DNA from: Acidimicrobiia bacterium
GTDB lineage: Bacteria; Actinomycetota; Acidimicrobiia; Spongiisociales; ZC4RG35
Length of the DNA stretch: 64,000 nucleotides
Direction: 5' to 3'
NCBI GenBank assembly: GCA_965203555.1
Contig: CBDBCY010000004.1
Span: forward strand, 1,984,001-2,048,000
In this document: positions 44,084-52,398 of the stretch, piece by piece
How the letters are laid out: every line of letters starts with the position of its first letter
Numbering within the stretch: the first letter of the stretch is position 1
The notes under the pieces: generated by a model
Databases searched by the model: none
The model's input: only the letters and a program-made list of their open reading frames with translations
What the model was told of the DNA's origin: nothing
Position numbers and translations under genes: made by a program

Positions 44084-44455
44084 TTACCACCAGTCCGATC
44101 GGTCTGCTTCATCCTCTCGGATCCGGCGCGTCTGCGCGTCAACTGCAACGACCCTCTCTTCCTGCCGCGCCATCTCCCGGGCGGTCCTGGTTTGCACATT
44201 TGCCACAGCCTGGTGGGTCCTGGCTTGCTGATCTGCCGTTGCCCGATTCACTTCTACCTGGAGGCCGGTGGCTACTCGGAGGCGCCCTTCATCAGGATCC
44301 GCCCGGTTGGCGCGACGAGCGGGCGGCCTCGTGGGCTCGTCGTGACCGCCTGTTCGCCTCCCGACGGGACGGAACAACAGGTAGACCGCAAGGAAAAGCA
44401 GCACTTGGACCAATGTGAACGTCATCGGCGGAACGCTAGAGATGCGGTGTGACAA
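44084..44455 (-). CDS. Hypothetical small membrane-anchored coiled-coil protein
   Basis: N-terminal hydrophobic helix and a charged helical tail ending in DWW; fills the lnt-acs gap co-directionally. Confidence 0.45.
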   Translation of the reverse strand: MSHRISSVPPMTFTLVQVLLFLAVYLLFRPVGRRTGGHDEPTRPPARRANRADPDEGRLRVATGLQVEVNRATADQQARTHQAVANVQTRTAREMARQEERVVAVDAQTRRIREDEADRSDWW

Positions 44456-44510
44456 AGAACGACCCGGGACGCCTGCGGCCTCCGGCGGGAGAGGGGCCGA
44501 GTTGTTGCCG

Positions 44511-46025
44511 CTAACGACGGAGGCTGGGATAGCGGTGGCGGAACCGTGAATGGAGCAATTCGCCGATCAATGCCAATATCGACAGAAGCTGCAACCAGTC
44601 TCCCAGCCTGACGTAAAGGGTCGGGCCCTGGTCCGCGGCTCTGGTCTGTGTCTCCCCGATCAGCAGCGCCTCTTCGGCGAGGGGGGTGCGGGGACCGGTT
44701 TCCCCGCCATGTGTTATGAGGGTGGACCGGCCTGTCACCGCCGTGTGGATCAAGGGCATGCCCAGTTCGGCGGCCCGCATGCTGGTGATGCCGATGAACT
44801 GGTCCGAGGCGACCGACCTGGGGTAGCTTTCCTGGCTGGTGGCGAGTATCAGCAGCCCGGCGCCTTCCCGGGCGTTCTCCCGGCCATAACGGGCGAATGA
44901 TCCTTCGAAGGAGATCACCGAGCCGAAGAGACCGAAACCCAGGTCCCAAAGTACCGGACCGTCTCCGCGAACCATGTCGCGGGTAGGCAGGTCCGCATGG
45001 AGGTTCTCCACCCACTTGAACCAGGATCTGGCGGGGATGTATTCGCCGTAGGGAACCGGATGCTGTTTGTGATACTCACTGACGATCGTTCCCGTTTGGT
45101 CGAACACCACGTTGGCGTTGACCCAATCGGTGTCGTTCAGAGGCCGGTCCCCTCCGGCCAGCAGGACGGTGCCGATTCGGGCCGCTTCGGCGCCCATGGC
45201 CTCTCCCACCTCCGGAGCGTTGATGGGATCGGCCGTCCATGAACCGGTTGAACCCTCGGGCCAGATCACCAGGTCCACACTCCCTGGTTCCAGGGTGCGG
45301 GTTATCCGCAGATGGTTCTGATAGGTCTGGTAGCGTTCGTTGGCGCAGTGCGTTCCCGGACACGGGTTGTTGCCCTGCACCACGGCCACCCGGACCACCT
45401 CCCCTTCAACCTGGGGTGGCCACAGAGCGCCGCTCACCAGCAGGAAGACCACCGCCACCGCCACGCCTCCGGCGATGCGGGCGGAGGCCGCCAGTCGGAA
45501 GCGGCGGGAAGTCAGCAGGACCAGGGCGGCGGCGGCAGCGACCATCATTACCGTCCAGCCCGAGGCTCCGATCCAACGCGCTGCACCGCGGGGCGGCGCC
45601 CAGGCGCTCAGGGCATAGCCGGACATTCCCCATTCCAGTCCTCCCAGGGGCCACCGCACCCGGATCCATTCCATCAGCGACCATCCGCCCACCGCCCTGA
45701 TAAACCATCGGGAAGCCGACAGATCGGTGGCCACGGCCATGAAGACGGCGTACAGAGTAGGCCAAACCGACAGGACCACCACGGGGGGTATGAGCGCGAT
45801 GAATCCCAGTTCCCCCAGCCAGGGCATGAGGAACCCGAAAAAGCAGAGCCCGAACACGAAACCGGCCAGCACCGCCGACGGAACCGTTTGAAGTCGCCTG
45901 GTTTGCAAAAGGAACAGTGCGATGGCAGGGACGGCTATCCACCACCAGCCCCGAGGCGGGAAAGCCAGTGACAAAGCAACTCCGGCGACGGCCGAGAGCA
46001 GGATGGGAGGGACGCGTTCGGTCAT
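44511..46025 (-). CDS. lnt: Apolipoprotein N-acyltransferase
   Basis: LAFPP, VQGN, WPE, YHKQHPVPYGEY; the nucleophile motif reads ISFE. Confidence 0.92.
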   Translation of the reverse strand: MTERVPPILLSAVAGVALSLAFPPRGWWWIAVPAIALFLLQTRRLQTVPSAVLAGFVFGLCFFGFLMPWLGELGFIALIPPVVVLSVWPTLYAVFMAVATDLSASRWFIRAVGGWSLMEWIRVRWPLGGLEWGMSGYALSAWAPPRGAARWIGASGWTVMMVAAAAALVLLTSRRFRLAASARIAGGVAVAVVFLLVSGALWPPQVEGEVVRVAVVQGNNPCPGTHCANERYQTYQNHLRITRTLEPGSVDLVIWPEGSTGSWTADPINAPEVGEAMGAEAARIGTVLLAGGDRPLNDTDWVNANVVFDQTGTIVSEYHKQHPVPYGEYIPARSWFKWVENLHADLPTRDMVRGDGPVLWDLGFGLFGSVISFEGSFARYGRENAREGAGLLILATSQESYPRSVASDQFIGITSMRAAELGMPLIHTAVTGRSTLITHGGETGPRTPLAEEALLIGETQTRAADQGPTLYVRLGDWLQLLSILALIGELLHSRFRHRYPSLRR

Positions 46026-46082
46026 GGATCCACCTTGTCCTGTCAGGCTACCCGGATGGCGAAACCAAGTATTCTGTGTCCA

Positions 46083-46877
46083 GTGAACAAGGCCCACATT
46101 GGAAGCGATCTGGAGCTGGCGCTGGCGGTTGCCCGCCACGCGGCGCGGCGGCTGAGGGAGGCCCTGGGCAAAAGCGCCGAAGTGGAATTCAAGGGGCAGG
46201 TGGACCCTGTCACCGAGGTGGATCGGAGGGTGGAAACCGAGATACGACAGATGTTGGAAGCCCAGCGTCCTGCCGACGCCATCGTGGGAGAGGAAGAGGG
46301 CGGGATTCTCTCTTCACAGGGACGGGCTTGGATCATCGATCCCCTGGACGGCACGGTCAACTTCATACACGGCTTGGCGCCGGTCAGCGTGTCGGTTGCG
46401 CTGTGGGAGAACCGATCTCCGATGGTGGGGGTGGTGATCGAGGCCATCCACCGGGAGGAATTCACCGCGGCGCGTGGCCAGGGAGCTTGGCGGGGCGGCC
46501 AGCCGATCGCGGTCAGTTCCAACGAACGACTCTCCCAGGCGCTGGTCGGCACCGGTTTCCCCTATGATCGGCAGGAGCGGGCCTTCGAGTACGCCGCATT
46601 GCTGGGGGCGGTTCTCGCCAAATGCCAGGGAGTTAGGCGGAGGGGATCGGCGGCTTTGGATCTCTGCTACGTGGCCGACGGCAGATTCGACGCCTTTTGG
46701 GAACAGGGACTGGCGATCTGGGACGTGGCTGCCGGGATTCTGATCGTTGAGGAGGCAGGGGGTAGGGTAACCGGTCTGGATGGAGGACAGGTCCCATTGG
46801 ACGGATCGATGGTGGTTGCCACCAACGGCGTCATACATGACCCGTTCGGACAGGTGCTGGCCCGGGCGGTGAACTGA
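46083..46877 (+). CDS. Inositol monophosphatase family protein (SuhB-like)
   Basis: VTEVD, GEE, WIIDPLDGTVNF, GSAALDLC, WDVAAG. Confidence 0.95.
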   Translation: MNKAHIGSDLELALAVARHAARRLREALGKSAEVEFKGQVDPVTEVDRRVETEIRQMLEAQRPADAIVGEEEGGILSSQGRAWIIDPLDGTVNFIHGLAPVSVSVALWENRSPMVGVVIEAIHREEFTAARGQGAWRGGQPIAVSSNERLSQALVGTGFPYDRQERAFEYAALLGAVLAKCQGVRRRGSAALDLCYVADGRFDAFWEQGLAIWDVAAGILIVEEAGGRVTGLDGGQVPLDGSMVVATNGVIHDPFGQVLARAVN

Positions 46878-46899
46878 TTAGAGCGAAGAGGGAGTGACT

Positions 46900-48873
46900 A
46901 TGGGAGAATCCACAGCCCAGATATTCGATTACACCGGGATTACCGCGGAGCGGATCGAGGAAATCAGCGCAGCCGCCGTGGCGGATGCCGAACTCTTGCG
47001 GTCGCAGATTCTGGAAGCCGGACTTCCTCGCACCTTCCGGAACACCCTTGCTCCTCTCGAGAGGGTGGGGGAGGTGTTCAGCACAGCTTTTGGCGAGGCC
47101 GGGTTCATGGGCTATGTCCACACCGACCCGGAAGCCAGAACGGCGGGTCGCGCCTGCGCCGAGCGGCTCTCGAAGTGGCAAACAGAACTCATCTTCCACC
47201 CGGAGCTTTACCAGGCCGTGGAGGAATTCGCCGGCACCGAAGAGGCGGCTGCCCTGTCGGGAGAACGCGCCCGGTTGCTGGAGTTCGTTCGCAGGGATCT
47301 CAAGAAGGCGGGGCACCATCTTCCGGCCGAGTCCCAGGCGCGCGTCAAGGAACTCACCCAGCGTCTAATCGAACTTGGGGTTGCTTTCTCCCAGAACATC
47401 GCGGAATACGACGACGCTCTGGAGGTTTCCCGTGAGGACCTGGACGGGTTGCCGGCGTCTTATATCGATTCTCTTCCACCTGCCGAGGGGGAAGGGCGGC
47501 TTCGGGTGACGATGGCCTATCCCCATGTCGTGCCCTTCATGGAAAACGCTCATCGCCGGGACCTGCGCCAGAGCCTCATTAAGAAATTCAACAACCGGGC
47601 GGTGGACAGCAATCGGCCGATCCTGGAAGAGGCGGTGGCAATCCGCCTGGAAATAGCGTCCCTGTTCGATGAGCCTTCCTGGGCTCATCACCGCCTTTCC
47701 GAGCGGATGGCCAAAACACCGGAGACAGTGGAGCAGTTTTACGAATTGCTGCTGGCGCCGCTCCGTACCGCTGGTCGCCGCGAGCTCGATCGGATCACGG
47801 CAATGCTCGAAGCCGACAACGAGGAGGGCCCTGCCCAGGTGTGGGATTGGCGGTACTACGACAATCAGATCCGACGGACCGAGTACGGAGTAGACCAGAT
47901 GGAGGTGGCGGGGTACTTTCCGCTTTTCCAGGTAGTGGAAGGGATGCTGGATCTCACCGGAGAAGTCTTCGGACTCCGATACCGAGGGGTGGATGCGCCG
48001 GTCTGGCACGAGGATGTGATTACGTATGAGGTCCTCGACCGGGCTTCGGGTGAGCCCATCGCCCACTTCCACATGGACCTGTTTCCCAGAGAGGGCAAGT
48101 TCAGTCATGCCGCGGCATTCCCCTTGGTGGGAGGGCGTTTACTGGAGGACGGGTCTTACCATCGGCCGCGTTCCTGCATAGTGGCCAATTTCACCCCGCC
48201 GCTCGAGGGAACACAGGCACTGCTGCAGCATTCGGAAGTGGTGACCCTCTTTCATGAATTCGGGCATATCCTCCACCAGATTCTCACTCGCGCCGAACTC
48301 GGGCGCTTCTCGGGATCCAGCACAGAGTGGGATTTCGTGGAGGCGATCAGTCAGATCATGGAGAATTGGACCTGGCAGCCTCAGATCTTGGCGCGGTTCG
48401 CCTTCCATCATGAAACCGGTGAACCCCTGCCCGCCGAACTCCTGGAGAGGCTCACCGGCGCCCAATTGTTGAATATTGCTATCTCAAAACTTCGCCAGGC
48501 GAGCTTCGGGCAGTTGGACATGGCTCTGCACGGCCCCGACCGTGACAAGGACATCGACGAGATACTGGATCGCACCACCAAGGTGTCGCTCTTTCCCCGG
48601 CAGGAAGGGACCTTTTCACCGGCCAGCTTCGGTCACCTCATGGGTGGATACGACGCTGGGTACTACGGCTATTTGTGGTCGGAGGTGTTCGGGGACGACA
48701 TGTGGAGGCGTTTCGAGGAAGAGGGAATCACCAACCCGGCGGTGGGCATGGCTTACCGGCGGGAGGTATTGGAGGTGGGGGGCTCCCGCGACGCGATCGA
48801 CACGCTCCGCGCCTTTCTGGGAAGGGAGCCCGACAACAGCGCCTTCCTTCGCAAACTCGGAATTGACGGGTAA
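46900..48873 (+). CDS. M3 family oligopeptidase (thimet/OpdA-like)
   Basis: DLFPREGK, FHEFGH, WDFVE, GYDAGYYGYLWSE. Confidence 0.95.
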   Translation: MGESTAQIFDYTGITAERIEEISAAAVADAELLRSQILEAGLPRTFRNTLAPLERVGEVFSTAFGEAGFMGYVHTDPEARTAGRACAERLSKWQTELIFHPELYQAVEEFAGTEEAAALSGERARLLEFVRRDLKKAGHHLPAESQARVKELTQRLIELGVAFSQNIAEYDDALEVSREDLDGLPASYIDSLPPAEGEGRLRVTMAYPHVVPFMENAHRRDLRQSLIKKFNNRAVDSNRPILEEAVAIRLEIASLFDEPSWAHHRLSERMAKTPETVEQFYELLLAPLRTAGRRELDRITAMLEADNEEGPAQVWDWRYYDNQIRRTEYGVDQMEVAGYFPLFQVVEGMLDLTGEVFGLRYRGVDAPVWHEDVITYEVLDRASGEPIAHFHMDLFPREGKFSHAAAFPLVGGRLLEDGSYHRPRSCIVANFTPPLEGTQALLQHSEVVTLFHEFGHILHQILTRAELGRFSGSSTEWDFVEAISQIMENWTWQPQILARFAFHHETGEPLPAELLERLTGAQLLNIAISKLRQASFGQLDMALHGPDRDKDIDEILDRTTKVSLFPRQEGTFSPASFGHLMGGYDAGYYGYLWSEVFGDDMWRRFEEEGITNPAVGMAYRREVLEVGGSRDAIDTLRAFLGREPDNSAFLRKLGIDG

Positions 48874-48957
48874 TCATCGCTTTGTCTCCAACCCCTAGAA
48901 CTTGGCCGGGGGCCTGATCACTACTGCCCGTTGATCGCCTATGGTCGAGTCGGAGGC

Positions 48958-49659
48958 TCAGGACTCCAATTCGATGCCTCCGAACAGGCAGGTCCCGGTT
49001 ATCGTGAGCCGGCCTGCGGCGGTGCCGGGAGACGGTGGGGAACGATCATCGTCGACGCCGCCGAATAAATTGGTGGTTCGAACATCAACGATCCAACCGT
49101 CGGGGACGCGAATCGAAACGCCGCCGAATACCGCCGTGACGTCCAGGGTGGCTTCGCCGGCGGCGAGGCCCGCGTCCAGCAGGTTTAACTTGGAACCACC
49201 GAACACGCAGGTAATCCGGCCGCCCGAGAAGTTGTGATCCGTGACTCTTCGTCTGTCTTCTCTGAAGACGGTGGTGACGTCCAATTCGCCCGGTACGGAA
49301 TTGTCGTCAAGATAGGGTTCGGGCGCCTGTCGGGCCCTTTTCCTCTTCCGGCTCAACAGCATCTTTGCTCCCACCAGGATCAGGACCACCGGCCAGAACC
49401 GCCAGATGTCCCCAATGGTGTACTCCCAAACATCCTGTGTATCCAGGAGGAAGAACACGCCCAAGGCGATCAGCACCAGGCCCCCGAACCAGGAGCGGTT
49501 CCGTGCCATGTTCCAGAGTCCCACCGCGATCAGGATGGCGGGCCACCATCCACCCCACGGGATGTTCCAATCGGTGAGATTCTCCAAAAGGAACACGACA
49601 CCGATGACGAGGAACGCCAATCCGACGACAACTCGGCGGCCTCGATCAGATTTTGCCAT
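48958..49659 (-). CDS. LiaF-like / DUF5668 membrane protein
   Basis: Two 'WP..LI..G' TM hairpins and C-terminal (V/L)FGG repeats. Confidence 0.85.
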   Translation of the reverse strand: MAKSDRGRRVVVGLAFLVIGVVFLLENLTDWNIPWGGWWPAILIAVGLWNMARNRSWFGGLVLIALGVFFLLDTQDVWEYTIGDIWRFWPVVLILVGAKMLLSRKRKRARQAPEPYLDDNSVPGELDVTTVFREDRRRVTDHNFSGGRITCVFGGSKLNLLDAGLAAGEATLDVTAVFGGVSIRVPDGWIVDVRTTNLFGGVDDDRSPPSPGTAAGRLTITGTCLFGGIELES

Positions 49660-49809
49660 CTCTTCTCCTTGTCTCCTGTTTCTTCCGGCCGATGGTAGGG
49701 GAAGCAGAGCACAACATAATCGGGGGATGACCGCGCGGGCGGACTCGGGCAAGCGCCGTTCTCAACCCCTGCCTTTGCTTGAAGGCAGGCCAAAAAGAGT
49801 GGCAAAATC

Positions 49810-49857
49810 TTTTGTAAAGGTGTTTGACAAATAGGTTGTAGTGCACTTACACTGCAA
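49810..49857 (+). promoter_or_regulatory. Promoter of the ROK operon with overlapping operator-like inverted repeats
   Basis: TTGACA (49824-49829)-18 bp-TACACT (49848-49853); inverted repeat TTTGTAAA-ggtgt-TTGACAAA over the -35 and TTGTAGTG-N6-CACTGCAA over the -10. Confidence 0.75.
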
Positions 49858-49889
49858 TTTCAAACCCACACGGGAGCCTCCGACCTCCC

Positions 49890-51134
49890 TTGCCAACGGC
49901 CTTTAGGAGCGAAAGGTATGGAAAGCCAGTGATCGAAGAGTCGGGTTCCGGCATGCTTCGACTCCGAAACGGTCAGGCCGTTTTCGACCACTTTGTCGAA
50001 GCCGGCAGCCAAACCATCTCCCGGGCCGAACTTGCCCGCCTGACCGGACTGTCAAAGCCCACGGTGAACGCGCTGGTGTCCGACCTGGAGAAGTCGGGAG
50101 TGGTGAAACTGATTCCCTCCGTCCAGACCCGCGGCCGGATCGGTAGGCCGGCGGCTTCTTACCAATTGGCGGCTGACGCGGCCATGGTGGTGGGTGTCGA
50201 CATGGGAGCAACGAAGACCCTGGTGGGAGTCGCGGATCTGCTGGGAGAGGTGATAGCCGTGGAGCGGATCGAGACCGCACCCCACGCAAGGGCGGCGGTT
50301 GACGGGGTGGTGGCCACCACACGTCGTCTGCTGGAGGGCCTTGGGGAGCGGGCTTGCCGGCTCGAGGGCGCCTGTGTAGGAGTTCCGGGCGTCTACCGGC
50401 CCGAGTTGGACCGAGTGGAAATGGCGCCCAACCTGCCGGGGTTCGGGGATCTGGCGATCGCGGCGGAGTTGTCGAGGCAACTGGGGATTCCGGTGAGCAT
50501 TGAAAACGACGTCAATCTGGCCACTGTGGGAGAGGCGAATGCCATGACCGGGGAGGGGGTAAGGGATTTTGCGGCCATCTCGATCGGAACCGGGATCGGT
50601 ATGGGGATGGTCCTGGACGGGGAACTTTATAGAGGCGCCCATGGGGCGGCCGGCGAGATCGGGTCGGTAAAGCTTCCCCGGGTGGGCGGTGACGTGTTTC
50701 ACGCTCTCACGCTGGAGGACGTGGCGTCGGCGCCGGCTATCCGCAAACTGTTTCACCGAGCGGTCGAGGCCGGGCATCGTACCGGTTTGAACGGTGACGT
50801 CGACGTGCCCGCCATTTTCTCCGCTTCGGCCCAGGGGGACGAGGCAGCGAGGGCGGCGCTTCGCATAGCGGCCGACTCGGTCGCTTTTGCAACGTCCTAC
50901 TTCTGCTGGGTAAATGACCCCGCCCTGGTGGTGTTCGGGGGAGGCGTAGGCGCCAATCCCGTTTTTGTGGAGGCGGTAAGAGCGCGGATCGGACGCTACC
51001 TGACGGTGGTTCCGGAACTGGTGCCTTCCACTATCGGTGGACAAGCCGCATTTTTGGGGGCGGTCTCCACGGCGCTCTCCTCGGTGCACAAGTCGTTGGT
51101 CACCAGGCGACTGGGACGAAGGAGCGGGAGATGA
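49890..51134 (+). CDS. ROK family transcriptional repressor (start uncertain: 49890, 49929 or 49953)
   Basis: N-terminal HTH SRAELARLTGLSKPTV, GRP, GVDMG, ENDVN, GTGIG, GAAGEIG. Confidence 0.93.
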   Translation: MPTAFRSERYGKPVIEESGSGMLRLRNGQAVFDHFVEAGSQTISRAELARLTGLSKPTVNALVSDLEKSGVVKLIPSVQTRGRIGRPAASYQLAADAAMVVGVDMGATKTLVGVADLLGEVIAVERIETAPHARAAVDGVVATTRRLLEGLGERACRLEGACVGVPGVYRPELDRVEMAPNLPGFGDLAIAAELSRQLGIPVSIENDVNLATVGEANAMTGEGVRDFAAISIGTGIGMGMVLDGELYRGAHGAAGEIGSVKLPRVGGDVFHALTLEDVASAPAIRKLFHRAVEAGHRTGLNGDVDVPAIFSASAQGDEAARAALRIAADSVAFATSYFCWVNDPALVVFGGGVGANPVFVEAVRARIGRYLTVVPELVPSTIGGQAAFLGAVSTALSSVHKSLVTRRLGRRSGR

Positions 51135-52390
51135 AGAACGCGGCGGCCGTCATCGCCGCCGCGGTCGATGCCGACTCTCTGGTCGACCTGGTCCGGGATG
51201 CGGTGCGGATTCCCAGCATCACCGCGGATGAAGGGCGTTTCGCCGATTGGGTGAGAAGCCGGCTGGAAGAGGGTTGCTGGCACGAGGTCGATCAGGTGGA
51301 GGTGGAGCGGGGCCGCCCGAATGTGTATTCACGGGCAGGCGCCGGAGAGCATGGAACCCGGTCCCTGGTGCTGGCCGGGCACCTGGACACTGTCCATGCC
51401 GAAGACTGGACACAGGAGTGGAGAGGCTCTGATCGTGACGATCCGTTCGCCGGTCAGGTTGTCGACGGGGAGATTTGGGCGAGGGGAGTAACCGACCAGA
51501 AGGGAGGGATCTGCTCCATCATCGAAGCGGTTCGGGCGATCTATCGGGCCGGATACCGACTGAGGGGGTCGGTGATCGGATTGTTCGTATGCGATGAGGA
51601 GTCCGGCCAGCCGGGAAGCGGGGTCTCCCTGGGGATGCGAGCCGCAGTCAAGGAGCTCTTGGAAGGCTCTGGTAGCCCGCCCGACTTTGCGATCTACACA
51701 GAGCCCACCACCGGCGCCATCTACACCGCCCAGATGGGATTTCTGATAGCCGACATCACCCTGGTGGGCAAGTCTGCCTATTTTGGCAGGCCCGAACTGG
51801 GAGTGGACGCGCTGAAGGCAGGGCACGCCCTGCTCGGTGCTCTGTGGGATCACAACGAGACGCTGTCTACGGGAGAAGCCCACCACCTGCTGGGAGAGCG
51901 GTTCCTGCTGGTGACCACGGTCGGGTCGGGGGGTAACATCGCCGTGCCCGGAAAGTTCGAACTGTCGCTCATTCAAAAGTTCCTGCCCGGGGATGACCTC
52001 GATGCGGCGGCCACGGCCTTGCGGGAGATCACCGCCGGAGTCGCCGAAGAGCACGGGGTCTGTTCCGAGGTGGTCTTCTCCGCTCCGAGAGATCACTCGG
52101 TGGGGGGTACCCCCGATGAGATATCGGCTAATCATCCGGGTGTGCTTGAGTTGGCCGGCGCCATCGAAGCGACCGGCGGCCGGCAGGCGAGAATCGAAGG
52201 AGCGCCCTACTGGTCGGAGAAACCGATGCTTCGGTCGGCAGGCATTCCAGGCGTCTACTTCGCGGCAGGTGATATCGCCACCTGTCACACACCTTTTGAA
52301 CGACTACCGATAGAGGATTTCGTGTCTTTGACCCGTGCCCTGGCCTACTTCGTGGCGTCGTGGTGCGGGGTGGAGAAGTCCGCAACCTAG
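51131..52390 (+). CDS. M20 family metallo-hydrolase (ArgE/DapE-like deacylase)
   Basis: GHLDTV, RG..DQKGG, DEE, EPT, C-terminal H..E. Confidence 0.9.
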   Translation: MKNAAAVIAAAVDADSLVDLVRDAVRIPSITADEGRFADWVRSRLEEGCWHEVDQVEVERGRPNVYSRAGAGEHGTRSLVLAGHLDTVHAEDWTQEWRGSDRDDPFAGQVVDGEIWARGVTDQKGGICSIIEAVRAIYRAGYRLRGSVIGLFVCDEESGQPGSGVSLGMRAAVKELLEGSGSPPDFAIYTEPTTGAIYTAQMGFLIADITLVGKSAYFGRPELGVDALKAGHALLGALWDHNETLSTGEAHHLLGERFLLVTTVGSGGNIAVPGKFELSLIQKFLPGDDLDAAATALREITAGVAEEHGVCSEVVFSAPRDHSVGGTPDEISANHPGVLELAGAIEATGGRQARIEGAPYWSEKPMLRSAGIPGVYFAAGDIATCHTPFERLPIEDFVSLTRALAYFVASWCGVEKSAT

Positions 52391-52398
52391 GAGGAACC

